Part shown: piece by piece, positions 29,201 through 38,683 of the stretch
Position numbering within the stretch: position 1 is the first letter of the stretch
Layout of the letters: each line of letters opens with the position of its first letter
Origin: an uncultured Chloroflexia bacterium
GTDB taxonomy: Bacteria; Chloroflexota; Anaerolineae; CG2-30-64-16
DNA length: 64,000 nucleotides
Direction: 5' to 3'
Assembly: GCA_963810095.1 (NCBI GenBank)
Contig: CAWEMM010000009.1
Coordinates: 32,001-96,000, forward strand
Program-made: the position numbers and the translations under genes
The notes under the pieces: generated by a model
What the model saw: only the letters and a program-made list of their open reading frames with translations
What the model was told of the DNA's origin: nothing
Databases searched by the model: none

Positions 29201-31523
29201 ATGCGCTCACAGCTCGACAGCTACAACGTCACATGGGCGATCCCGGCGGAGACCGACCGTGGTTCGATGCCCCTCGGCAACGGCGAGGTCGGCATCAACC
29301 TGTGGGTGCTCGCTGGTGGAGCGATCGAATTCTACCTCGCGCGCACCGACGCACGAACCGAGCTAGACCGGAGCGTCAAGCTGGGCAAGGTACGCGTCAG
29401 CTTCGCCCCCGACGCCCGGCTCACTGGTTCCGCCTTTCGGCAGACCTTGATCCTGGCTGAAGGCTGCATTGAGATCCGGTATGGCGACGAGAGCGGAAGC
29501 ACAGGCGTCGTCCACGTCTTCGTGGATGCTGAACTCCCGACCGTCTACCTGGCCGGCCGCTTTACGCATCCGCTCACCGTGATGGCGGAGTACGAGAACT
29601 GGCGAACCGGGCCGCGGCTCCACCCGGCTTCTGGCGCCTGTGAGACTGCTGATACAGTAGAACGGCTGGAAGGAGCGATCCTTTTCTACCACCGCAACGG
29701 TCCCACCATCATCCCCTTTCTGACCAAGTTGGAAGCCGTGGAGTCCGTCGCGTCCGCTATTCCCGACTGCCTGTCGGACCGCGTCTTTGGCGGACTCGTG
29801 CAGCTGGAGGGCAGCAAGCTGAGCCCTGAGGGCGGGCTGGTCACGACGGCGCCCGTTCAAGCGTTCAACCTCCAGGTCACGACACATAGCGAACAGGTCC
29901 CCGAGCTTCAAGTTTGGAAAGCCCGCGTTTCAAAACTCGCGGCCGAGGCTGCACCGCCCCCTGAAGCAAAGGAACGTACCGCGCGCTGGTGGAACGCGTA
30001 CTGGGACCAAAGCTGGATTTTCGTCGAGGGCGACCGCCCTGCCCCGCCTGAGATTGAGGACGCCCTGTTTCAACTGCGCCTCGAACCAGAGGGCGAGCGG
30101 TACGCGCCGGCCCCACCCTCAGCCGTAACTCGCGCTTACGTCCTGACACGCTTCATGTTCGCCTGCATGAGCCGTGGCGCATTCCCTATCCTGTACAGCG
30201 GCGGGTTGTTCAACGCAATGCCCGGTGGCTCGGATCAGCTCGAAGTACTGACGTTCAGCCGGCCGTTCACCGCACAGCCAGATAGCCAGCCGAACCTGGT
30301 GTGCAATCCGGACGAGCGCGGGTGGGGTCACTTCTATCTCTGGCAGAACACCCGCTTGCCCTATCACTCAATGCTGGCGCGCGGAGAAGCGAGTTGGCTG
30401 CACCGGCTCTTCGCGTTCTATCGCCGCTTCTGGGACCTGGACCGCGGCCGGGCCGCGCTCTACTATGGGGCCGAGGGCCAGTACAATACGGAGATCGTGC
30501 ACTCGTTCGGGCTGCAGCCGGATTGGGTCTACGGCCTCGAGCGCCAGGGCAAACCGGACGGCTACTCGGAAAACCGGTGGGGTGGCGCAGTGGACATTTC
30601 ACCCGGCCTGGAACTGCTCCACCTGATGCTCGACTTCTATGATTACGAGCAGGATGACGGGTTCCTGTGCGACGAGTTGATCCCTTTTGCCCGAGACCTG
30701 TTGCATTTCATCGAGACCCGGTTCACCGAGCGTAAGGCTGGCAAGCTGATGCTTCACCCCATCCAGTCCGTGGAAACGTACTGGGACACGACCGACGCGC
30801 TTCCGGTACTGGCAGGCATGACGGCGGTCGTGCGCCGAATTCTCGCATTGGCAGGCGAAAAGCTGGTCGACCGCGAGTTCTACTGCCGGATAGCGGAGAT
30901 GATCCCGGACCTACCGGTTGGGGATGCGGGCGGCGTCGACGTCCTGGCGCCCGCTCATGTATACGATTCGCAGCGTAAGAACTGCGAGGCGCCCGAGTTC
31001 TACGCCATTTTCCCTTTCCGACTCTTCGGTCCGGGCATGACGCTCGCCATCGACACCTATCGCCACGCGGCCACGATCGCGGGTAGCTTCAGGCCCTTCA
31101 CCCTCGGCCGCAGCCCTGAATACCCTAGCTATTCCGGCTGGCAGCAGCACGGGATGGTAGCCGCGCTGCTTGGACTTACCGATGACGTGCGCATCATCCT
31201 GGAGAACAACTGCGCGCTCGAGGAACCCGGGCTACCGTTTCCCAGCCATGTGGGGCCCCATCTACGACGCCGTCCCCGACATCGACCACGGGGCAAACGT
31301 CCTGACAACCTTGCAGCTAATGGCCTTTCAGGTGAATGGGGACGAGATTCGCATGCTGCCCGCCTGGCCGAAGGACTGGGACGTCTCCTTTAAGCTGCAC
31401 GCGCCCCGCGACACGACGGTCGAGTGCGTGTACCGGCGTGGCAAGATTGAGAAGCTGGCGGTAACGCCGGCGAGCCGGCGAAGTGACGTGCGCTGCCCGG
31501 CCTGGTGCCAGGTGGCAGAATAG
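29201..31523 (+). CDS. DUF5703 / GH95-like glycoside hydrolase (1-base frameshift near 31220)
   Basis: SMPLGNGEVGINLW, WQNTRLPY, QSVETYW, NCEAPEFYAIFPF; continues in the shifted frame as RFPAMWGP...PDIDHG...LPAWPKDWDVSFKLHAP. Confidence 0.85.
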
Positions 31524-31535
31524 GCGAGCAGGACT

Positions 31536-32672
31536 ATGAGCAGCGAGAGTATGACGCCGAGAGAGCGCTGGCTGGCCGTGTTGGCGCGGCAGAAGCCCGA
31601 CCGCGTGCCGATGGACTACTGGGCGACGCCGGAATTCAGCGCGAAGTTGATCCGTCATCTTGGTTTCAGCCGGCGGGGAGAGCAGGCGTTGATCGGGATG
31701 CTGAGCCGCGGCGAACGGATGGCGGGCCGCCTGAACGAGGGCCGGCTCGCCCTTCGGCGGGCCCTGCAATGCCTGAAAGTGGACTTCGTCGTGCAAGCCG
31801 CGCCGCGCTACGTTGGCCCAAGGCTGCCCGCCGATACGGACGTCTTCGGGTGCACGTACCGTGAAGTCGAGTATGGCACGGGAACGTATTCTGAAGTAGT
31901 CGCGCATCCGCTTGCACCGTACGGCTCGGTGGAGCAGATTGCCGCGAACTACCGCTGGCCCTCGCCAGATTGGTATGACTACCGAGGAATTCGGAACCAG
32001 ATCGCGGGCTGGGAGGACTACCCGGTTCAGGGCGGCGGCTCGGAACCGTTCCTGATTTATAAGGACCTGCGTGGGCAGGAGCAAGCGATGATCGACCTGG
32101 TAGAACACCCCGAGATCGTCCATTACTGCCTGGACAAGCTGTTCGACCTGGCCTATGTGAACACCGAACGGATCCTGGAGACGATACCGGGTAAAGTAAC
32201 GTATTGCTACGTGGCAGAAGACATGGGCGGGCAAAGCAACTTGATGTTTTCAAAGAAGCACATCCGCACGTTCCTCCTCCCGCGCATGAAGCGCATGATC
32301 GACCTCGCACACGACGGCGGCGCTTACGTCTTCCACCACAACGACGGCAACTGCCGGGCGATCCTCCCCGATCTGGTCGATGCCGGGATAGACGTTCTGA
32401 ACCCGATACAATGGCGATGCCAGGGGATGGACCGCGCGACACTAAAGGCTGATTTCGGCTCCAAGCTCGTCTTTCACGGTGCAGTGGACAATCAGCAGAC
32501 CCTGCCGTTTGGCACAGCGGAACAGGTGCGCCAGGAAGTGGCGGACAATTTGCGGGTCCTGGGCAGTGGCGGCGGCTATATTCTCGCGCCGTGTCACAAC
32601 ATCCAGCCGGTGACCCCGCCCGAGAATGTTGTCGCGATGTACGAAGCGGGGTACGAGCTTGGCTGGATGTGA
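31536..32672 (+). CDS. Uroporphyrinogen decarboxylase-like (URO-D/CIMS, MtaA/CmuA-like) protein
   Basis: MTPRERWLA..PDRVP, EDMGGQ, HHNDG, LNPIQ, GAVDNQ, ILAPCHNIQ. Confidence 0.9.
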   Translation: MSSESMTPRERWLAVLARQKPDRVPMDYWATPEFSAKLIRHLGFSRRGEQALIGMLSRGERMAGRLNEGRLALRRALQCLKVDFVVQAAPRYVGPRLPADTDVFGCTYREVEYGTGTYSEVVAHPLAPYGSVEQIAANYRWPSPDWYDYRGIRNQIAGWEDYPVQGGGSEPFLIYKDLRGQEQAMIDLVEHPEIVHYCLDKLFDLAYVNTERILETIPGKVTYCYVAEDMGGQSNLMFSKKHIRTFLLPRMKRMIDLAHDGGAYVFHHNDGNCRAILPDLVDAGIDVLNPIQWRCQGMDRATLKADFGSKLVFHGAVDNQQTLPFGTAEQVRQEVADNLRVLGSGGGYILAPCHNIQPVTPPENVVAMYEAGYELGWM

Positions 32673-32683
32673 GAAGGATAGAG

Positions 32684-34921
32684 ATGCACGACTACAACCT
32701 GAGATGGCATGAGCAGAGCCGCCATTCCGGCGAGTCCATGCCGTTGGGCGGTCATAGCATCGGCTGTAACGTGTGGGCCGAGAACAGCGAGCTCTTGCTG
32801 TACTTCCAGCAATCCGGCTGCTTTGACGAGAACGGTTCCATGCTCAAGGGCGGCCGGCTCCGCATTGCGTTCGACTCCAACCCTTTTGCCGGCGGCTTCC
32901 TGCAGGAGCTCATTCTCCAGGACGGTCACATCCGCATCGAGGGTCGAAGCGACCGGGGAAACATTAGCATCGTACTCTGGGTTGACGTGCGGTTGCCCGT
33001 GGTCCATATCGACCTGTCTGCCGAGTACGCTCTATCCATGCGGGTGCAGTATGAGACTTGGCGTGACGAGGACCGGCGTGTCGACAATCACTCCTACGAG
33101 CTGTTCCAGTGCAAAGAGGTCTGGGGCGATCCGGACAAGCCGGTGATCTTCCACAGGGACCAGATCGAGGTGATCGGACCGGGCGAGCTCCTCTTTTATC
33201 ACCGGAACCTGGATGACGACCTGTCGTTCGACCGGGAGATGGACACCCAGGGTCTCGGAGAACATAAGGCAAGCCTGTACAATCCGCAACGGGGCTTGAC
33301 CACAGGTGGCTTGCTGAAGGCGCCCGAAATGTACTTCGCAGGCATGGTGCGGGGCACATCCGTCGATACGCGTTATCTTGCGTATGCCTTCGAATCGGTC
33401 TCGCCGTCAGCCGAGCAGAGCATCGCGATCTATCTGCTCGCCGAGCAGGCCAGCACGCTCGAGGAATGGCGTGAGCACCTGAACTCGATTGTGGCAAGCA
33501 GTGACGCGACGAGCCAGACGGCTTTCGAGGACTCGCGCGCCTGGTGGCGGGAGTATTGGGAGCGCAGCTTCATCCGCATCAGGCCTGACGAGGCGCAAGC
33601 AGACGACCGGCTCTGGCAAATTGGCCGAAACTACCAGCTGTTTCGCTACCTGATGGGCTGCAACGACGCTGCCATCTGGCCGACCAAGTTCAATGGCGGC
33701 TTGTTCACGTTTGATCCCATCCTCGCGGGTAAGAGCCCGTGGTCGGACATCGAGCTACACTACACCCCGGACTACCGCCTCTGGGGCGGTGGCTCACACA
33801 CGGCCCAGAACCAGCGTCTGCTCTACTGGCCGATGCTCAAGAGCGGGGATTTTGCCCCCATGCGCCAGCTTTTCGACTTCTACAATCGGACGCTCAAGAC
33901 TGCGCAAACGCGCGCCAGGGTATTCTTCGGGGTGGACGGCGCGATCTATCCCGAACAGATCGGCATCTACGGCCTATGTCCGACCTGCGACCACGGCTGG
34001 GGCAACGAAACCGGCCTGCCCGTCGCGCAGATCCGCTATCACTTCTCGACCGCGCTCGAAATCAGCCTGATGATCCTGGACTACGCCGACTACACGGGAG
34101 AGGACGTTGCGGAGTACGTGGAATTCATGGACAGCGTCGTGAAGTTCTACGATGGGTTCTACCCTCGTGACGACGATCGGGGCCAGATGGTGATCGAGCC
34201 GGGCAACGCACTCGAAACGTACCATCCCGTCCGGAATCCCGTCGACGCCGTGGCCGGCCTCGAGTGCGTACTGCGCCGCCTGCTCCTGCTGTCCTCAGAG
34301 GCTATCTCGCCAGAGCGGAGGCAGAACTGGCAGCGTATAATGCGACGCGTTCCGACCCTCTCGTTCCGTGAGAAAGACGGGCGCAAGATCATCGCGTATG
34401 CCGAAACCTCGTCACCGCTGCACAACTGCGAGGTCCCCGAGTTGTACACGGTCTTTCCATTCGGCCAGTTCGGGCTCGGGAAGCCTGACCTACAGGTAGC
34501 CAGGGACACAGCGCGCTTTGCACCGGAGACGGGCGAGCAGCTCACCCATATCAGTTGGCACCAGCAAGGCATCCAATACGCCCGCCTCGGGATGCTTCCC
34601 GAGGCCATGGAGTTCCTATTCCGCAAGCTCGGCGACGCCGAGCAGCGGACTCCCGCGTTCTGGGGGCCGGGCCATGACTGGACGCCGGATCACAACTGGG
34701 GCGGCTCGGGCATGATCCAGCTTCAGGACATGCTGCTGCAGGCCGAGGGGGACAAGATCTATTTGTTCCCATGTTGGGATAAGAGGATCGACGTGTGGTT
34801 CCGGCTCCGGGCCCCAGGGAATACCATCGTCGAGTGCCGGCTGAAGGGAGGCGCCGTCGCGCAGTTGACGGTGACGCCTCGGGAACGACTGTCGGATGTG
34901 GATATCCTGCCGGAGCAATAG
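32684..34921 (+). CDS. DUF5703 / GH95-like glycoside hydrolase
   Basis: SMPLGGHSIGCNVW, PTKFNGGLFT, PDYRLWGGG, QNQRLLYWP, FWGPGHDWTPDHNWGG. Confidence 0.88.
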   Translation: MHDYNLRWHEQSRHSGESMPLGGHSIGCNVWAENSELLLYFQQSGCFDENGSMLKGGRLRIAFDSNPFAGGFLQELILQDGHIRIEGRSDRGNISIVLWVDVRLPVVHIDLSAEYALSMRVQYETWRDEDRRVDNHSYELFQCKEVWGDPDKPVIFHRDQIEVIGPGELLFYHRNLDDDLSFDREMDTQGLGEHKASLYNPQRGLTTGGLLKAPEMYFAGMVRGTSVDTRYLAYAFESVSPSAEQSIAIYLLAEQASTLEEWREHLNSIVASSDATSQTAFEDSRAWWREYWERSFIRIRPDEAQADDRLWQIGRNYQLFRYLMGCNDAAIWPTKFNGGLFTFDPILAGKSPWSDIELHYTPDYRLWGGGSHTAQNQRLLYWPMLKSGDFAPMRQLFDFYNRTLKTAQTRARVFFGVDGAIYPEQIGIYGLCPTCDHGWGNETGLPVAQIRYHFSTALEISLMILDYADYTGEDVAEYVEFMDSVVKFYDGFYPRDDDRGQMVIEPGNALETYHPVRNPVDAVAGLECVLRRLLLLSSEAISPERRQNWQRIMRRVPTLSFREKDGRKIIAYAETSSPLHNCEVPELYTVFPFGQFGLGKPDLQVARDTARFAPETGEQLTHISWHQQGIQYARLGMLPEAMEFLFRKLGDAEQRTPAFWGPGHDWTPDHNWGGSGMIQLQDMLLQAEGDKIYLFPCWDKRIDVWFRLRAPGNTIVECRLKGGAVAQLTVTPRERLSDVDILPEQ

Positions 34922-35047
34922 TGATGCGTGCCCCTTATACTCTCACAGGCTTAGGAATCAGGGGATTGACAGCGGGGATACGCCGTGCAACTTGTTCAAC
35001 TTTGTTATACGGCGCGGCACCCATGCCAACTCTCGCGAGGCTCGACG

Positions 35048-35180
35048 GTGCACTACAAGGCGGATTGGCAGCAGACCAAAGAACGCTTGCTCGTTTTCGG
35101 AACCGCGACGCACTCGACCGCCGTGGTCGTCCACGCGCCGCGTAAGGCATCCAAGCTGCCGCCTTTCCCCCAGTTGCCGT
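35048..35180 (+). pseudogene. Degraded N-terminal remnant of a URO-D/corrinoid methyltransferase-like gene
   Basis: GTG-HYKADWQQTKERLL, then with frameshifts NRDALDR and VVVHAPRKASKLPPFP; resembles YKxDWxxxKERxxAFW starts of this family; no continuation. Confidence 0.45.
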
Positions 35181-35390
35181 CGATCTCCTCCACCTGCTCG
35201 CTCCGCTGTCCGTCCGTCGCAAGGTCAGTTAGTGCGGTGATTACGTGTCCGCTATAATAGCGGAACAATCCCCCTGGAAATCCGTCCGGGTCCCGCGCTT
35301 GTCCACGGGTGCATCCGCTGCAACGGCAACGATGGTGCGCGTATGGCGGCGTCTGGAAAAGGTTCGACCGCTGTGCAAGGAGGTGGGCGA

Positions 35391-36065
35391 ATGGAGCCAT
35401 TGAAACCAGCTTCCTGGGAAGAGTTTCTGCGCAAGACCACCGTCGTGATTGGGCGACTGGGCTTGGCTTTGCTTTTCCTCTCGTCGTTATCCTGGAAGAT
35501 GCCTCCGCGCTACGGCTGCGGGCCCGGCCCGGGGTTCGCGTTCACCACGGCTGCGGCGGATGGCACCCTGATCCGGACGAGTGGCTTGTGCGACTGGATC
35601 GGTATCGAATCTGTCTACGCACAGCGCCCCCGCAAGTTCACTGCATCCTCTGATCAAGGCGGCGACGGCCTCCTCGCTGCGCCGGTTGGCCTGCTCCTCA
35701 GGCTGAACGGGGCGTTCGTGGACGGCATCGTCAAGCCCAACTTCAGTTGGTTCGGCTCGGTGATCTTCCTGGCCGAAGCTTGGATCGCCCTGAGCCTGGG
35801 CTTGGGCTTGTTCACGCGGCTGGGCGCGTTGGTGGCGCTCGGCATGTCCGCCCAACTGGCCCTGGGGATCGGCGGCGTCTCAGATCCGGCCACTCAACTT
35901 CAAGAATGGGTTTGGAGTTATCTCCTGATGGCGCTGCTGGCGCTTGTGCTCCTGGGCGCAGCGCCGGGCCGCGCGCTGGGGGTCGATGCCTGGCTGCGCC
36001 CCAGGCTCGCGGCAGCCCAGGAACGCGGGAGCCGGTTGGCCAGGGTACTGCTGGCACTCACATGA
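35391..36065 (+). CDS. DoxD/TQO small subunit-like (DoxX superfamily) membrane protein
   Basis: AGGAGG RBS; TATAAT at 35253; RLGLALLF..WKMPP, AEAWIALSLGLGLFTRLGA, EWVWSY, GRALGVDAWL; two Cys in the extracytoplasmic loop. Confidence 0.8.
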   Translation: MEPLKPASWEEFLRKTTVVIGRLGLALLFLSSLSWKMPPRYGCGPGPGFAFTTAAADGTLIRTSGLCDWIGIESVYAQRPRKFTASSDQGGDGLLAAPVGLLLRLNGAFVDGIVKPNFSWFGSVIFLAEAWIALSLGLGLFTRLGALVALGMSAQLALGIGGVSDPATQLQEWVWSYLLMALLALVLLGAAPGRALGVDAWLRPRLAAAQERGSRLARVLLALT

Positions 36066-36150
36066 CGGACCCCCGGATGTGCTGGGTACTACTGGCGCTG
36101 CGTCTTGCGAAACTCAGTAGTCTTCACGGGTGACTGAACGGAGAGAATGC

Positions 36151-36986
36151 ATGGGGTTGCCAGATGTCGGAGGGGCGCCGAACGACCAGAGCAGCAGTGC
36201 CGCGGCCTTTCCCTGGAAGCTGTGGCTCTACACGAACTACGACTGTAACCTGAGCTGCAGCTATTGTCTCTCCGAGTCGAGCCCGCGTGCCGCTCGCCGC
36301 GGGCTGGATCTGGCGACGGTGCGGCAGGCCATGGACGAGGCCGTCGCGCTGGGGTTCGAACACGTCTTCCTGACGGGCGGCGAGCCGTTTCTTCTGGACG
36401 ACGTCTATGCGATGTTGGCCTATGCGTCGGCCCACTTGCCGACAACCGTCCTGACCAACGGCTGCTCTCTTGCGGGGCAGGCGGCTGGCGCGGCTCTGCG
36501 CGATTGCCAATCCCAACCTGACGATCCAGGTGAGCCTGGACGGCGCGCGACCCGAACACCACGACCCCTATGCGCGGGCCGGGAGCTTGGGCCGCAGCGG
36601 TTGAGGGCATCCAACTGCTTCGTGAGCACGGCTTTCACGTCCGCATCGGTACCACGGAGACGCCCGTCAACGCCGCGCACCTCGACGAGCTGGCAGCGTT
36701 CCTCTCCTCCCTCGGCATCGCCGAAGAAGATCATATCAGCCGGCCGGTGGCACGTCGCGGCTTCGCCGCGTCAGGGCTGGAAGTCGGCATCGATACCCTG
36801 ACACCCGAGCTAACCCTGACCGCGGTGGGGGTTTTCTGGCATCCCCTGGCTTCGCCCTCCAGTGCGGACATGCTGATCTGCCCGCAGATCTTTCCCCTCG
36901 CAAGGGCGGTCGCACGCGTCCGGCAGGAACTCCTGACACTGGCTCAAGCTGGCAAGGATCAGCTGAAGACCGTCACCTGAGGCTAA
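36151..36986 (+). CDS. Radical SAM protein (Rv1681/MoeX-like), probable penultimate selenocysteine; two 1-base frameshifts (~36465, ~36570)
   Basis: LWLYTNYDCNLSCSYC (CxxxCxxC), FLTGGEPFL, VLTNG; across the shifts IQVSLDG..PEHHD..RGPGAW, PELTLTAVGVFWHP; ends KTVT-TGA-GGC-TAA. Confidence 0.85.
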
Positions 36987-36991
36987 CGCAC

Positions 36992-37008
36992 GGCTTCCGG
37001 TGGAAGCC
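36992..37008 (+). promoter_or_regulatory. Candidate bacterial SECIS hairpin
   Basis: GGCTTCC-GGT-GGAAGCC perfect 7-bp stem beginning 11 nt after TGA 36978-36980; GU in the loop; no U-tract. Confidence 0.6.
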
Positions 37009-37103
37009 AGGGTGAGCAGCGGGAGCAACGGGCCGTGGGACGCACGATCCTGCTTGGGTTTCCGGTGGGCGTAGCGTCGTGTGGAAGCGGGTGCTGTGCA
37101 AAC

Positions 37104-37778
37104 ATGAGTGGCGCGCTCCTGGTGATGGCCAAGCGGCCGGCGGCCGGTACGACGAAGACGCGGCTGACCCCCGCGCTCTCGGCAGAACAGGCCGCGGCGC
37201 TTTACGAGTGCTTTCTGCGGGATGTTCTCGACATTGCACGTGCCGTACCCGCCGTGACGCGTACCATCGCCTATCCGCCTGCCGACGGGCAGCACTACTT
37301 CCGGCAACTGGCCGCTGATTTCGAGCTGGCGCCGCAGGTCGGCGCAACGTTAGGGCAGCGCCTGGCTCATGTCCTGGGCGAGAGCCTCGGCCGCGGCCGG
37401 ACGCCGGCCGTCGCGCTGAGCAGCGATAGCCCGACCCTGCCGGTCGAACACGTGCGACGGGCCTTCACCTGGCTGGCCGAGGGCGATGTAGACGTGGTGC
37501 TCGGCCCGTGCGCAGACGGTGGGTACTATCTGATTGGCGTGACCGTCCCCCGACCGCACCTGCTGCTCGCCGTGGAGATGTCAACCCCGCGAGTCCTGGC
37601 CGACACACTGGCCCTGGCTGCCGAGGGTGGGCTGAAAGTGGGGTTGTTGCCGGCCTGGTACGATGTGGATACGGTTGCAGACCTCGCATGCCTGCGAGCG
37701 GACCTGGCCGCGCTGCCCCCTGCCGTCGCCCGGCACACCCGCAGTCTGCTGGCAGCCGACCCGACGCTTCCCCGGTGA
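37104..37778 (+). CDS. TIGR04282/DUF2064-type transferase (rSAM/selenodomain-associated)
   Basis: LLVMAKRPAAGTTKTRL, QVGATLGQRL, SDSPTLP, VVLGPCADGGYYLIG, WYDVDTVADL. Confidence 0.9.
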   Translation: MSGALLVMAKRPAAGTTKTRLTPALSAEQAAALYECFLRDVLDIARAVPAVTRTIAYPPADGQHYFRQLAADFELAPQVGATLGQRLAHVLGESLGRGRTPAVALSSDSPTLPVEHVRRAFTWLAEGDVDVVLGPCADGGYYLIGVTVPRPHLLLAVEMSTPRVLADTLALAAEGGLKVGLLPAWYDVDTVADLACLRADLAALPPAVARHTRSLLAADPTLPR

Positions 37779-37782
37779 TGAG

Positions 37783-38466
37783 ATGCAAATTGCCGTGATT
37801 ATCCCCGCCCTGAACGAAGCCGGCAACATCGCTGACCTGGTGCGGGAGACTCTCGCTCAGGGGGTGGTTGACGTAATCGTCGCCGACAATGGTTCGACGG
37901 ATGGCACTGCCCCGGCCGCGCAGAAGGCGGGCGCGCGGGTGGTCACCGAGCCCCGTCGCGGCTACGGGTATGCCTGTGCCGCTGGAGCCGCCGCAACGAC
38001 TGCCGACGTGTTGGTCTTTCTCGACGGCGACTACAGCTCCCTGCCGGCTGAACTAGACCGGCTGTTAGCGCCCCTGCGCGACGGTGAGGCGGACCTGGTG
38101 TTGGGCTCCCGAACCTTGGGCCAAATCGCGCCTGGCGCCATGCCGTCGCACCAACGCTTCGGCAACTGGCTGATGGCGCGCGCCATGCGCTGGCTTTATG
38201 GCGTGCCCGTGACCGATCTGGGACCTTATCGGGCCATTACGTGGGCGCTGCTGACCGGATTGGACATGCGTGAAATGACTTTCGGTTGGCCGGTCGAGAT
38301 GATGGTCAAGGCGGCTCGCCACCATGCGCGGATCGTCGAGGTGCCGGTCAGCCACGCGCCGCGGCGTTCCGGCCGGTCCAAGGTCGGTGGCAGCGTGCGC
38401 GGCTCCGTTCTTGCCGCCTACTACATTGTGACAGTCATCCTGCGTTACGCGTTTACCCGCCCCTGA
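37783..38466 (+). CDS. Glycosyltransferase family 2 (DPM-synthase-like)
   Basis: VIIPALNE, DNGSTDGT, RGYGYAC, FLDGDYS, TDLGPYRAI, GWPVEM, SKVGGS. Confidence 0.92.
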   Translation: MQIAVIIPALNEAGNIADLVRETLAQGVVDVIVADNGSTDGTAPAAQKAGARVVTEPRRGYGYACAAGAAATTADVLVFLDGDYSSLPAELDRLLAPLRDGEADLVLGSRTLGQIAPGAMPSHQRFGNWLMARAMRWLYGVPVTDLGPYRAITWALLTGLDMREMTFGWPVEMMVKAARHHARIVEVPVSHAPRRSGRSKVGGSVRGSVLAAYYIVTVILRYAFTRP

Positions 38467-38683
38467 GCCGTCATCACCCCAGCAGGTCAAGCCGTTCCAG
38501 CCACGCCAGCGCATCGAGCAGTAACACCACCCAGAAGTAAGTATCTATCCGAGAATTAGCTGGGGCCGGTCTCTGACCGTGCCCCGTCTGGCAGGGCGAC
38601 GGCAGGGTCGCAATGATCAGGAAGCGCAATCGTCATTCCGGCATGTCGGCGGATATCGTCTTATCATGACCGTGTGAGGTGGT

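Noticed and set aside
34966-34995. Perfect TTGACA box
   Set aside because: No -10 element at a suitable spacing.
36992-37008. Hairpin read as an intrinsic terminator
   Set aside because: It has no U-tract and lies inside an apparent operon. A SECIS role fits better, although an mRNA-stability role is not excluded.
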